Assembly (NCBI GenBank): GCA_963703315.1
Contig: OY969811.1
Span: 128,001-192,000, forward strand
Reading direction: 5' to 3'
DNA length: 64,000 bases
DNA from: an uncultured cyanobacterium
GTDB lineage: Bacteria; Cyanobacteriota; Cyanobacteriia; Pseudanabaenales; Pseudanabaenaceae
Shown here: positions 1-9,733 of the stretch, piece by piece
Position numbering within the stretch: position 1 is the stretch's first letter
Layout: every line of letters begins with the position of its first letter
The notes under the pieces: model-generated
Seen by the model: the letters and a program-made list of their open reading frames with translations, nothing else
Told to the model about the DNA's origin: nothing
Database searches by the model: none
Made by a program: the position numbers and the translations under genes

Positions 1-105
1 TACCTTTTGAATCGCTCATCAACATAATGCGATGAGATCGCCGCAAAGAAGAACACTTGATTAAGCCATAATTAGCATTGAACCACAATTTTTAGGAGTA
101 AAAAC

Positions 106-453
106 TTGAAATTGCCGAATTATGATCAAGCAAATGTTCCAGAATCTAAAATCACCAAATATCTATTATCGACTACCCATGAAGATGGAAAAAGCAAAGA
201 GCAATTTTTTACGTCATTTGGATTCTCAATCTCAGGATGGGAAACAATGGCAAATTCTCTATGTCTTCACGCTGCTTCACATGAAGTATCTGAAATCAAA
301 GAAACTACTTTTGGCACTAAATATATTATAGAAGGAGAAATAGAAACACCTGATGGGAGAAATCCTTATATACGATCTGTTTGGATAATTGAAGATGGCG
401 AAAGTATTCCAAGTTTTGTTACTGCACATAAATTAAGGAGACGTAGACAATGA
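106..453 (+). CDS. DUF6883-like protein (putative toxin of a DUF6883/DUF4926 pair)
   Basis: 115-aa ORF, TTG start after AGGAG. Pattern KITKYLLS..H..GKSK..FF..FGF and C-terminal PDGRNPYIRSVW resemble this family; overlaps the next gene by 4 nt (ATGA). Confidence 0.6.
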   Translation: MKLPNYDQANVPESKITKYLLSTTHEDGKSKEQFFTSFGFSISGWETMANSLCLHAASHEVSEIKETTFGTKYIIEGEIETPDGRNPYIRSVWIIEDGESIPSFVTAHKLRRRRQ

Positions 454-674
454 TTAAAGAATTAGACCGTGTTGTATTAGCCGCTCGCATTGATGAAGCA
501 GACTTAGAAATTGGAGATATTGGCACTGTGGTATTTGTTTATAAACAACAGAAAGGCTATGAAGTCGAATTTATGACCCTCACAGGAGAGACAGTTGCCG
601 TTGTTTCTGTATTGCCATCACAAGTTAGAACAATCCGCGATCGTGAAATCGCTCATGTCAGGGCGATCGCCTGA
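450..674 (+). CDS. DUF4926 family protein
   Basis: 74 aa, ELDRVVL...GDIGTVV...GYEVEF motif; translationally coupled to the upstream gene. Confidence 0.7.
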   Translation: MIKELDRVVLAARIDEADLEIGDIGTVVFVYKQQKGYEVEFMTLTGETVAVVSVLPSQVRTIRDREIAHVRAIA

Positions 675-713
675 TCGCTAAAGCTACCGATTTTGTTAAT
701 TTATTCTCTTAGT

Positions 714-983
714 ATGAACACAAACCAAGTAACCGTAAACTTATCTCTACCTTTTGAATCGCTCGTTGAAATGATGCGATCTTTGGAGATACAAGAGAAA
801 ATAAAACTGAGAGACCTGTTAAACCAAGAAATCATTGCAAGTCAAGAACAAAAACTAGATCCTGCTGTAGAATGCTTTCAACGAGGCTGGGACGATGTTA
901 TGAATGGTAGAACTCATCCAATCTCTGAACTTTGGGATGGAATTGAAGTTTTAGAAGTTCGGCGCATTATTGGAAAAACTTAG
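714..983 (+). CDS. small hypothetical protein, antitoxin-like
   Basis: ORF 693-983, likely ATG at 714. C-terminal FQRGWDDVMNGRTHPISELWDGI resembles small cyanobacterial antitoxin-like proteins. Confidence 0.5.
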   Translation: MNTNQVTVNLSLPFESLVEMMRSLEIQEKIKLRDLLNQEIIASQEQKLDPAVECFQRGWDDVMNGRTHPISELWDGIEVLEVRRIIGKT

Positions 984-1006
984 CAAACACTATAAAGAGA
1001 TACAAA

Positions 1007-1258
1007 ATGTTAACTACTGTTGAAGGAATTTATCGCAATGGACAAGTAGAACTTATAGAAAGCCCAAACAATCTACTTGAAGGAACGCGAGTAATTGTTA
1101 CTTTCCTAGAAACGAAAACAATTGACCTAGCCTCTCAAGGCATTGACAAATCCCAAGCAGAACTCTTGCGAACAAGTCTAGCCACCTTTGCCGAAGACTG
1201 GAATAGCCCCGAAATGAGCATTTATGATGACTATGACGCAGCCAAAGCCAAACTTTAA
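1007..1258 (+). CDS. putative antitoxin (AF2212/DUF104-like N-terminus)
   Basis: 83 aa; TVEGIYRNGQVEL N-terminus and acidic tail EDWNSPEMSIYDDY; overlaps the downstream PemK gene. Confidence 0.6.
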   Translation: MLTTVEGIYRNGQVELIESPNNLLEGTRVIVTFLETKTIDLASQGIDKSQAELLRTSLATFAEDWNSPEMSIYDDYDAAKAKL

Positions 1259-1595
1259 ACGGGGCGATATAGTTCTCGTATTATTCCCAAACTCTGACTT
1301 GACAACCGCCAAAACCCGCCCCGCGATAATTGTGCAAGCAGACAATTTGCAAACAGGACTACCCCAAATTATTGTCGCCATGATTACCAGTCAGATGTTT
1401 CGGGCAGGTCAGCCCAGCCGCGTTAGTATTTTACGAAACTCGCCAGAGGGGCAACATTCAGGACTACTCGTTGATTCTGTAATCATGACCGACAATTTGG
1501 CAACGATCGCCACATCAGCAATTTATCGATTGATTGGTTCGATTTCAACAGAAAATGTTGATGTAGCCCTGAAACATACTCTCAATTTGCAGTAA
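1233..1595 (+). CDS. type II toxin, PemK/MazF family endoribonuclease
   Basis: KRGDIVLVLFP.SD...AKTRPAIIVQ...IIVAMITS...SGLLVDS motifs; start could also be 1224. Confidence 0.85.
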   Translation: MTQPKPNFKRGDIVLVLFPNSDLTTAKTRPAIIVQADNLQTGLPQIIVAMITSQMFRAGQPSRVSILRNSPEGQHSGLLVDSVIMTDNLATIATSAIYRLIGSISTENVDVALKHTLNLQ

Positions 1596-1790
1596 AAATA
1601 GTTTTTATTGGGCGATCGCATTGCAAATCAGAAAATAGGCGATCGCTCAATAAAAAAGGTATATGTAATTCTAGCCGTTTAAGCAGGTCGAGTTAAATCC
1701 GTTGAAGAAGTGCGATCGCAGTTTGGACTTCAAGCATGAACGTATTTTGGACAAACAAAGCGATCAAACAGTTGACAGCAATTCGCGAAA

Positions 1791-2972
1791 TCAATAATGC
1801 GTCACCCTTTGGTAGAGATCGGCAGTAAGTTGAGCTATCTTATCCCAAGTAAATTTTGCATATAACTTTTGTTGCCCAGCTTGTCCCATTTCTTGAGCCT
1901 GACTAGGATTTTGTAATATTTGACAGATGGCATCGACAATTTCCGCAGGGTTTTGATGCACAAGATAGCCATTAATACCATGATCAACCACTTCAGAGAC
2001 CGCAGGAATATTACACCCGATCACAGGTTTGGCAAAGTGCCAAGCTTCGGTAAAAACACCGCCAAAACTTTCTTGACTAGATGGCACACAAAGGAGAGTA
2101 CAAGCAGCTAGGGCGTTGGTTTTATCCTGAAGGTTTAGGGAGCCGAGACGATGAATTCTAGAGTCTTGATTTTTAAAATACTTTTCCGAGTCAGCAACAG
2201 TTGGTCCCACAAACACAAATTGCGCTTCAGGAAATTTTTGCCAGACGAGGGGCGCAGCTTGCAAAAGTTGTTGATATCCCTTATAGGGATAATGCTGTGC
2301 TAAAAACAGAATAATAGGATCAGAAATTTTATAGGTTTCTTTAAAGACTTGACTATCAGCATTTTCGGCTAAGGCTGGACCAATACCTGTAACTGTAATG
2401 CGATCAGGCTGCACACCTAGTTTAATTAAAGTTTGTTTTTCAGTTTCCGTGAGCGCAATGATCGCATCAGCAAGTTGATAGAGTTTGAGATAAGCACGAT
2501 ATCGCCAACCTACCCATCGAGGATGATGCACAGGATTAAAAATGAAGGGAATATCGTACTTTTTCGCAGTGTGGTAAGAGGCATAGCTCAATCCCTCGCG
2601 CCCAATGCGGATGTTGTGGATCAGGTCGGCTGATTGGGCATAACTATCGAGATATTTACCGATACACTTAGCGATCGGTGGTAGAGCCACATCCATCCAA
2701 GGATAGTAAAGTGGTAGATAAGGAAGCAGTTTTGCTTTATCGGCGATCGCCATTCCCATTCGATGCACAGGAATATCTTCAATAATGTAGTCATAACTTT
2801 GTGAAGGAGCCTTAACCGTAGTCCCCATTAACCAGTCAGTCCGATTTTGATTCCAATGCGTAAAAACTTGAATTTGGTGCTGTTGTTTGAGTTGCTGAGC
2901 GATCAAATGTTGATGGAGTTGTGCGCCACCAATAGCAGGAGGATAAGTTGTTAAAGTATAAAGAAGTTTCAT
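1791..2972 (-). CDS. glycosyltransferase family 4
   Basis: YPPAIGGAQ N-terminus; KG motif; PSSQESFGGVFTEAW (EX7E). Confidence 0.9.
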   Translation of the reverse strand: MKLLYTLTTYPPAIGGAQLHQHLIAQQLKQQHQIQVFTHWNQNRTDWLMGTTVKAPSQSYDYIIEDIPVHRMGMAIADKAKLLPYLPLYYPWMDVALPPIAKCIGKYLDSYAQSADLIHNIRIGREGLSYASYHTAKKYDIPFIFNPVHHPRWVGWRYRAYLKLYQLADAIIALTETEKQTLIKLGVQPDRITVTGIGPALAENADSQVFKETYKISDPIILFLAQHYPYKGYQQLLQAAPLVWQKFPEAQFVFVGPTVADSEKYFKNQDSRIHRLGSLNLQDKTNALAACTLLCVPSSQESFGGVFTEAWHFAKPVIGCNIPAVSEVVDHGINGYLVHQNPAEIVDAICQILQNPSQAQEMGQAGQQKLYAKFTWDKIAQLTADLYQRVTHY

Positions 2973-3112
2973 TAAAAAATCTTGTTTTCCACATGATGAA
3001 TCTTCTCAAATACCTTATAGTTATTTTCGATAAGCGTATGAGGAAGAATTTACTTGTTATTAGTATAAGGTTTTAGTATTCATACCTTGTTGAAACTTAC
3101 CGTATAGTTAAT

Positions 3113-3820
3113 ATGACTCAAGAACTAAAGAAACTACTTGAACTGACAATTCCTAATGATCATAGTAATCAAGTAACATCAGAATACTATATCGATCAAT
3201 TACTTACTAACAAGAGTAATGATGAATTAAAGGTTCTAGATTTAGGTTGTGGCTCAGGTAGATCAATTCATACTTTTAGATTAAGAAACTCCAAAATAGA
3301 ATGGTTCGGCTTAGATATAGCAAGTTCTTCAGAAGTTGATTCACGAGATAGAAATGATGCCAGTTTTTATACGTTTGACGGTATTAATATACCTTTTGAA
3401 GACAACTATTTTGATATAGTCTATTCTAATCAAGTATTTGAACACGTAAGATATCCTACGGAATTACTTGAAGAAGTTTATAGAGTCTTAAAAAGTGGGG
3501 GCTATTTTATTGGTTCTGTATCCTATTTAGAACCTTTCCATTCTCTTAGTTTCTGGAATTATACTCCCTATGGTTTTAAAGTACTAGTTGAAAAATCTGG
3601 GCTTATCTTAAAAGAGATACGTCCTAGTATTGATTCTATAACACTAATCATTGCTGTAGGTCTGGGTATCCCAAAATTCTTTAGAAGATGGTGGCAACAA
3701 GAATCTCCTTTAAATTACTTAATTGGCATAGCTGGAAAACTAAAAAAGTTTGACCATGCTAAAATCAACTCCACAAAACTAATGTTTTGTGGTCAATTTT
3801 GTTTTTTGACAATTAAATAG
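3113..3820 (+). CDS. class I SAM-dependent methyltransferase
   Basis: VLDLGCGSG motif I; IPFEDNYFDIV, VFEHV, RVLKSGG. Confidence 0.9.
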   Translation: MTQELKKLLELTIPNDHSNQVTSEYYIDQLLTNKSNDELKVLDLGCGSGRSIHTFRLRNSKIEWFGLDIASSSEVDSRDRNDASFYTFDGINIPFEDNYFDIVYSNQVFEHVRYPTELLEEVYRVLKSGGYFIGSVSYLEPFHSLSFWNYTPYGFKVLVEKSGLILKEIRPSIDSITLIIAVGLGIPKFFRRWWQQESPLNYLIGIAGKLKKFDHAKINSTKLMFCGQFCFLTIK

Positions 3821-3823
3821 AAG

Positions 3824-4669
3824 TTAATTCTTATAGATAACTGCTTGTAATGCTGCACCTAAACCCAAAACAGGTGCAATTCGATATACTATTTTAACAA
3901 TTTGAGGTAAAGGTGGAACCCAGTTAGAAACCTTTTCTATTGTATAAGGTGCATTACTGAAGACCTCAAATCTATTGAAATTTGCAATTTTTAAAGCATA
4001 TTGAAGAGAAGATGTGTCAAAGTAGTTTATATGTTCTGGCGGAATAATATGAGACCATTTTTTGCCCCTAACTCTTGCACCTAAGCTTCCTATATTTGGA
4101 GTTTCAATAAACGCCATTCCTTGAGGCTTCAATAGTGATCTAATTTTTTCTAATGTGGGAATAGGGTTAATTAAATGTTCTATAACATGATAAATAGTAA
4201 TTAAGTCAAAAGAATTTTCTGGAATATCTAACGATAATATGTCGCCAGTAAAAATCTGACTTCCTAAATTTTGAGTAGCTTGATTAGCTGCCTTAGAGGA
4301 AATTTCTGTTCCTGTAACTTGCCATCCATCACTCCTTGCTAAACCTAATAAATCACCTAGACCACAACCAATATCAAGAAATGTTCGCTCTGGTTTATTC
4401 AATAATTCAGGGTTATATTTTTTAATTATTTGTTTTAATTCTTTATATCTATTAATCGAAAAGTTTTTGTCAGACATTGTACTTTGCTCGTAGTCTTGAC
4501 GATAAGATTGGCGATCGTAAAAATCTACTAGTTCTTCTGGTGTTGGGCGAGGAGTATAAAAAACTAATTGGCAATTCTGACAGGTCAGCAGCTTGCCTTG
4601 ATCGATTGTATAAAGATGTTTATGTTGAGTGTATTTACACACTGGGCATATATACATATTCAAATCCAT
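3824..4669 (-). CDS. class I SAM-dependent methyltransferase with N-terminal Zn finger
   Basis: CPVC...CQNC, FLDIGCGLG, HVIEHL, ETPN motifs. Confidence 0.9.
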   Translation of the reverse strand: MDLNMYICPVCKYTQHKHLYTIDQGKLLTCQNCQLVFYTPRPTPEELVDFYDRQSYRQDYEQSTMSDKNFSINRYKELKQIIKKYNPELLNKPERTFLDIGCGLGDLLGLARSDGWQVTGTEISSKAANQATQNLGSQIFTGDILSLDIPENSFDLITIYHVIEHLINPIPTLEKIRSLLKPQGMAFIETPNIGSLGARVRGKKWSHIIPPEHINYFDTSSLQYALKIANFNRFEVFSNAPYTIEKVSNWVPPLPQIVKIVYRIAPVLGLGAALQAVIYKN

Positions 4670-4671
4670 AG

Positions 4672-5568
4672 CTACAAATATTCTCTTAGCTTATGCTTAA
4701 CTCGAGACCAGATGCTAAATAGTTTCTTATAGGTAAAATCATCAGCTTGACGATCGCGTATAACAAAGGGTGGATGTTTTAGGGGAAACTGCATAGTTTC
4801 CGTAGGCATATTCGCAAGAGGACTATTTTTATTTTTTGTATGTGTACTTGATTCGCGATCAAAACCAATATTAGAAACTAAGTTTTGATTCGGCAGAATA
4901 GTTAATCCACTTTGCAGCCAGCAGCTTAATGTCCATGGATAGCCCCAATCATCAAATTTTCCTGCATAGGTCTGTTGAAGTTTATGCTTCCAGTATTTTA
5001 CTGCTGCTTTATTTTGCAAAATATCATTTAACCAACCATCATCGCAAATAGTTTCCCATAATTTCATGTCCCCATCATAATGCTGCCAAGCTCGCCGCCA
5101 TGTAGCCCAACCCCATAAATGGTTATAGAGAGAATAATAATAACTGTAATTAGTGCGCTGTTTGCCAAACTGAAAATTATCACCTGATATAGCAAAAATA
5201 CGCTGATCATCTCGATATTTCTCTAATAATTCTTCGCAAAATGGAAAGAAAGAGCGATCGGGTAAGCAATCATCATCAAGAATAATCGCTGACTCCACCT
5301 GACTAAATACCCAGTCTAGCCCTGTCGATGTTCTCTTTTTACATCCTAAATTAATGTCTGAATAATTAGTCAATAATTCACATTGCCAATCTACTGAGTC
5401 AATAACTTTTCTAGCTTGTTGACATTTTTCAAACTCCCCTTGCTTATTTTTTCTATGACCATCAGCAATCACAAAAAGTTGAAGTGGTTTAATGTGTCGA
5501 ATCACCTCAAAAACTTTTTGAGTCGTATCTGGGCGATTAAAAATAATTAGAACAACAGGGGTTTTCAT
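4672..5568 (-). CDS. GT-A fold nucleotide-diphospho-sugar transferase (GT2-like)
   Basis: PVVLIIFNRP, ADG, NLGC, IILDDDC, WGWATW, NLVSNIGF motifs. Confidence 0.85.
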   Translation of the reverse strand: MKTPVVLIIFNRPDTTQKVFEVIRHIKPLQLFVIADGHRKNKQGEFEKCQQARKVIDSVDWQCELLTNYSDINLGCKKRTSTGLDWVFSQVESAIILDDDCLPDRSFFPFCEELLEKYRDDQRIFAISGDNFQFGKQRTNYSYYYSLYNHLWGWATWRRAWQHYDGDMKLWETICDDGWLNDILQNKAAVKYWKHKLQQTYAGKFDDWGYPWTLSCWLQSGLTILPNQNLVSNIGFDRESSTHTKNKNSPLANMPTETMQFPLKHPPFVIRDRQADDFTYKKLFSIWSRVKHKLREYL

Positions 5569-6680
5569 TGCTTTTCAGTAATTCTATAATACAAGGATAA
5601 AAACTTTTCTGATTGAATTGTTTCTGAAAAATATTCAGTTACTCTTTTCTTCCCTAAAGTTCCCATGCGCTTTATCAGATTTGTATCTTCTAGCAAACTA
5701 AGTAACTTAGATACAAACTTGTCAACATCTTGGCTAGGACAAATGAACCCAGTTTGTCCTTCTATAACTGATTCTGGTAATCCACCTATATCTGAAACAA
5801 CACAAGGCAACCCATAGCTCATAGCTTCTAAAACTGCAATACCTTGACTTTCTACTAAGCTAGGTTGAAGGTATATAGATGATTTAGCATAATATATATC
5901 TACATTTGTACAATTGCCTTTAAATATAACTTGATGACTTAAACCAAGTTCATCAACCTTAGCTTTCATTTCATTCAATAAATCACCTCCCCCTAACCAA
6001 ATAAATTTTACTGATGATTTCTTTTTAATTAATTGTTGTGCAATTTTTAACCAAAAATCAGGATTTTTGTACCATGTAACATGACCTACTGTCAAAATTA
6101 TTTGTGAATCTAAATTTGAGTAATGCTCAGAATATGGAACTGCATTAGGAATAACATCAACTACTTGATAAGGAATCTTGAAATATCTACTGATAAAATT
6201 TGCAGAAGCTTGGGACACAGTAACAAAGTACTTCTTATTTCCTATAAATCGAGAAATAAAGTAGTAAATACCTATCAAAAAAACTGATAATTTGCTAACA
6301 AATAGTTTTGAGATTGGATAAGTATGCATAGTAAACACTATCGAGCAGGGAAATACCAATACTCCTAACATCAAGCCTGGAGTTCCATTTGAAACATGAA
6401 TAATATCTGGTTTAAATGTATAAAAGCTTTGACAAACAAAAAAAATATCAAAAATTAGTGATAAATAAGGCAAGTTAAATAATTTATGTCTATTACACAC
6501 CTTAAATATTTTAATATTTTGCTCTTCTAATTGTTTAACTAGACCAGAGTTTAATTGCTCTTTCGCCAAGACAACAGCCGTTTCTATATTGTGATCAAGA
6601 TGTATCTTTATTAGAGCCTCAAAAAAACGAAATGTTCCAGATTGTCGATTACTAAATTCGGGAATAATTAATATTTTCAT
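5565..6680 (-). CDS. glycosyltransferase family 4
   Basis: PSLVESQGIAVLEAMSYGLPCVVSDIGG (EX7E). Confidence 0.9.
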   Translation of the reverse strand: MKILIIPEFSNRQSGTFRFFEALIKIHLDHNIETAVVLAKEQLNSGLVKQLEEQNIKIFKVCNRHKLFNLPYLSLIFDIFFVCQSFYTFKPDIIHVSNGTPGLMLGVLVFPCSIVFTMHTYPISKLFVSKLSVFLIGIYYFISRFIGNKKYFVTVSQASANFISRYFKIPYQVVDVIPNAVPYSEHYSNLDSQIILTVGHVTWYKNPDFWLKIAQQLIKKKSSVKFIWLGGGDLLNEMKAKVDELGLSHQVIFKGNCTNVDIYYAKSSIYLQPSLVESQGIAVLEAMSYGLPCVVSDIGGLPESVIEGQTGFICPSQDVDKFVSKLLSLLEDTNLIKRMGTLGKKRVTEYFSETIQSEKFLSLYYRITEKQ

Positions 6681-6698
6681 TTTTCAATATTTATATAA

Positions 6699-7631
6699 TC
6701 AAGAAAATTCCTTCTGAAAGATAAACTTTATCCATGCTTCAAAATAACCGTAGGCTTCACCAATATTAATAATTATCCATGACATCAGATATATTTTAAT
6801 TCTTGTCAACAAAGATATTTGCTGCGACGGGAAGGGTAACAACTTCCAGTTTGGTTTACGCAGTGAGCCTACTATTTTAAGACATCTTAGGGGATGTTTC
6901 CAGCCATATTTACCCGTCCATTTTGGATTTTGTTGACACAATATAAAAATTCCCTTTCCATCTCTTTTTGACCTGTGCCACATTTCCTTAAAAGTTTTGC
7001 GAGGAGGATGCCAGACGATTACTTTATCCGCATAGGCTAGAGTAACTCCTAATCGAGTCGCTCTCATCCCAAATTCCATGTCTTCAACTGATGCTTCAGG
7101 AAAAGTTTCGTTAAATGTACCAACCTTCTTAAAAACATCTCGTTTGACAAACAAATTAGGTGTGATACAAGCACCTACACCATTTATTACACTTTCTTGA
7201 TCGTAGCAAAATAGAGCCTCAATCAAAGAATAAATAGAACTGTCATAGGTAAGCGGTCTAATATTAATTCTTCCACCTACTCTATCTACATTGTTATCTT
7301 GCATAAATTGAATACCTTTTTGTAGCCAGTCAGATTCTGGAATACAATCACCATCAATAAAAGCAAGTATCTCGCCTGTGGCAATTTCAATACCTTTATT
7401 GCGAGTTGCAGCAACGCTTTGGATTTTGTCTTGATTTACAACCGTTATGTTAGAGAAATGTGTAAACTTTTTAGCGATTTCTAATGAGTCATCGGTTGAA
7501 TTATTATCAACAATAATAATTTCTATTCTCTGTTCATTATCTTGAGATTGTAATGCTGAAATGAGATCTACAATATTAAATGAACAATTATATATAGGCG
7601 TGATAATGCTGACTCTAGGATATTGCTCCAT
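6699..7631 (-). CDS. glycosyltransferase family 2
   Basis: VSIITPIYN, VDNNSTD, TRNKGI, FIDGD, EDMEF. Confidence 0.9.
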   Translation of the reverse strand: MEQYPRVSIITPIYNCSFNIVDLISALQSQDNEQRIEIIIVDNNSTDDSLEIAKKFTHFSNITVVNQDKIQSVAATRNKGIEIATGEILAFIDGDCIPESDWLQKGIQFMQDNNVDRVGGRINIRPLTYDSSIYSLIEALFCYDQESVINGVGACITPNLFVKRDVFKKVGTFNETFPEASVEDMEFGMRATRLGVTLAYADKVIVWHPPRKTFKEMWHRSKRDGKGIFILCQQNPKWTGKYGWKHPLRCLKIVGSLRKPNWKLLPFPSQQISLLTRIKIYLMSWIIINIGEAYGYFEAWIKFIFQKEFS

Positions 7632-7646
7632 ATTGTTTTATTTCGT

Positions 7647-8824
7647 CTAAAAATACGTGGTAAATCTGCGTTTGAATTCTGATACTCGCAATCGAAAAGA
7701 CTGCGGAAAAAACCGCAAAAATGTTATAAATACAATTGGAACAAAATATTGCCATCCGTAATAATTGATAAAACTTATGAATCCTTTAAAATATGAGTAT
7801 TCTGTTAAATGATAAGCTAACCATACACGCCAAGACAAGAGAGATTGAGGCGTAAACATTAGTTTAATAATATCAAGAGTTTTCCCTTCTTGAATCAGCC
7901 AATTCTGAGGGTTTAAACGAGAAAATTCTGATAACGTATTAAGGATTAAATACTGGTTGCTTACATATATTTTAAATCTCTGGTTCTGAACTTGAGTAAG
8001 ATAAATAAAGTCTCCAAGATAGTGAGGATATAAGTTAGATTTTGGATATCCAGTTGTATCAACAACACTTCTTGGTAAGCATACAAAATTACCGTTCAAC
8101 ATATCACATTCCTCAATTTTATTCTGGGGACAATTAATGGATTCAAATAGAGGTTTGTTTGGATATTGAAAGATTTGTTTGTTTTTTCGATGTCCTCCAA
8201 AAGCAATTTGCTGATGATTTGTAGATTGATAACCTTGATAACCAATGATCGTATTAATATTTTGTTTGCAAAAAACAATGAGATTATTGATTGATTCTTT
8301 TGCTACTAAACAATCATCATTTAACCAAATAAAATATTCTGCTCCTTTTTTATAGGCATATTCCATTCCCTTTTTAATTGCACCTGTCCACCATAAATTA
8401 CCATCTCCTTCCAATATAATCACTTCTGGATAAAGAGACTTGATAGCCTCACTAGTTCCATCTGTTGAACTATCATCGACAACAATTGCATAATATTTTG
8501 CGAGATCACCGTTGTCTTTTAATGTCTCTAAGCTAAACAATCATCATTTAACCAAATAAAATATTCTGCTCCTTTTTTATAGGCATATTCCATTCCCTTT
8601 TTAATTGCACCTGTCCACCATAAATTACCATCTCCTTCCAATATAATCACTTCTGGATAAAGAGACTTGATAGCCTCACTAGTTCCATCTGTTGAACTAT
8701 CATCGACAACAATTGCATAATATTTTGCGAGATCACCGTTGTCTTTTAATGTCTCTAAGCATTTAAGGGTGATATCTTTGCGGTTATGGACAGGAATAAT
8801 GATATAGACATTCTCTTTATTCAT
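7647..8824 (-). pseudogene. glycosyltransferase family 2, frameshifted by an internal 227-bp tandem duplication
   Basis: N-terminus MNKENVYIIIPVHNRK starts at 8824. 8306-8532 and 8533-8759 are identical; removing one copy gives a 951-nt intact ORF (316 aa). Confidence 0.8.
8306..8759. repeat. perfect 227-bp direct tandem duplication
   Basis: CTAAACAATCATC...AATGTCTCTAAG occurs twice back to back. Confidence 0.95.
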
Positions 8825-9644
8825 AGTCAATACCAAGCGATCGCATTTTTGCTTGCAACGCCTGCAACTTAGCCTCAGCCAAATCTGCACGATTTAGCTG
8901 CTCTTCTGCTTTAACACGTTCCTGCTCAGCTTTAACACGTTCCTGCTCAGCTTTAACACGTTCTTGTTCAGCCTTGATACGTTCCTGCTCAGCTTTAATA
9001 CGTTCTTGATTAGCTTTTTGAATTTCCCTTTGTGCTGCCTCTTGGGGTGTGGGTAACAACATACCTTCTAGTGAAAAATAGCGTAGTTCGCCATCATGAA
9101 TTCCGAGAAACATTCCTAGTACTTCACTCCACAACCAACCTTGAGGATTAGGTGTAATTGGCTGGTAGCGATTGATGTCTAGCCTAAATCCTGAGAATTC
9201 TAGAGTGTCAGGAGCAAAGTAGAAATATTCGGGCGTATGAAATCTTTCAGCATACAAATCTCTCTTTAAGGTGCGATCGACATTTGCGGTTGAGTCGGAT
9301 AGTAACTCGATAATTAGATCAGGATATCGTCCATCTTCTTCCCAGACTACCCATGATTTGCGTGGTGATCTAGTAGTGTTTTTGACTAGGAAAAAGTCGG
9401 GACCGCGAAAGTCATGATTTTTTAGTTGCTGGCGGCTAAAATAAATCGTGAGATTTGCGCCAATAAAAAAGTCATTGCGATCTTGCCAAGCCCATTCGAG
9501 ACAGGTTACAAGTAATAACAACTGCATATAATGCAAGGAACTTTCCATCTCAGGCTCATCACTCAAGAGTTGACTAGCATCGGGCATTTGCATCTCTAAT
9601 TCACGGGCGGTAATTGCTGCCATGTATGTACTCTCCTGATGCAC
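8817..9644 (-). CDS. Uma2 family (DUF820) endonuclease-like protein with C-terminal heptad repeats
   Basis: SDEPEMES..H, FRGPDFF, PDLIIELLSDST; tail (QERIKAE/QERVKAE)n encoded by 21-bp tandem repeats at about 8905-9015. Confidence 0.9.
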   Translation of the reverse strand: MHQESTYMAAITARELEMQMPDASQLLSDEPEMESSLHYMQLLLLVTCLEWAWQDRNDFFIGANLTIYFSRQQLKNHDFRGPDFFLVKNTTRSPRKSWVVWEEDGRYPDLIIELLSDSTANVDRTLKRDLYAERFHTPEYFYFAPDTLEFSGFRLDINRYQPITPNPQGWLWSEVLGMFLGIHDGELRYFSLEGMLLPTPQEAAQREIQKANQERIKAEQERIKAEQERVKAEQERVKAEQERVKAEEQLNRADLAEAKLQALQAKMRSLGIDYE

Positions 9645-9733
9645 TTTTACAGCGCTTTTCGTTCAAACCCGAATCAAAAATTCTTGGGATTCGTTTGATC
9701 GGAAATTGCTGTAATGATTATAACCATCATTAG

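Noticed and set aside
8905..9015. 21-bp tandem repeats as a separate element
   Set aside because: They encode the coiled-coil heptad tail commonly seen on cyanobacterial Uma2 proteins.
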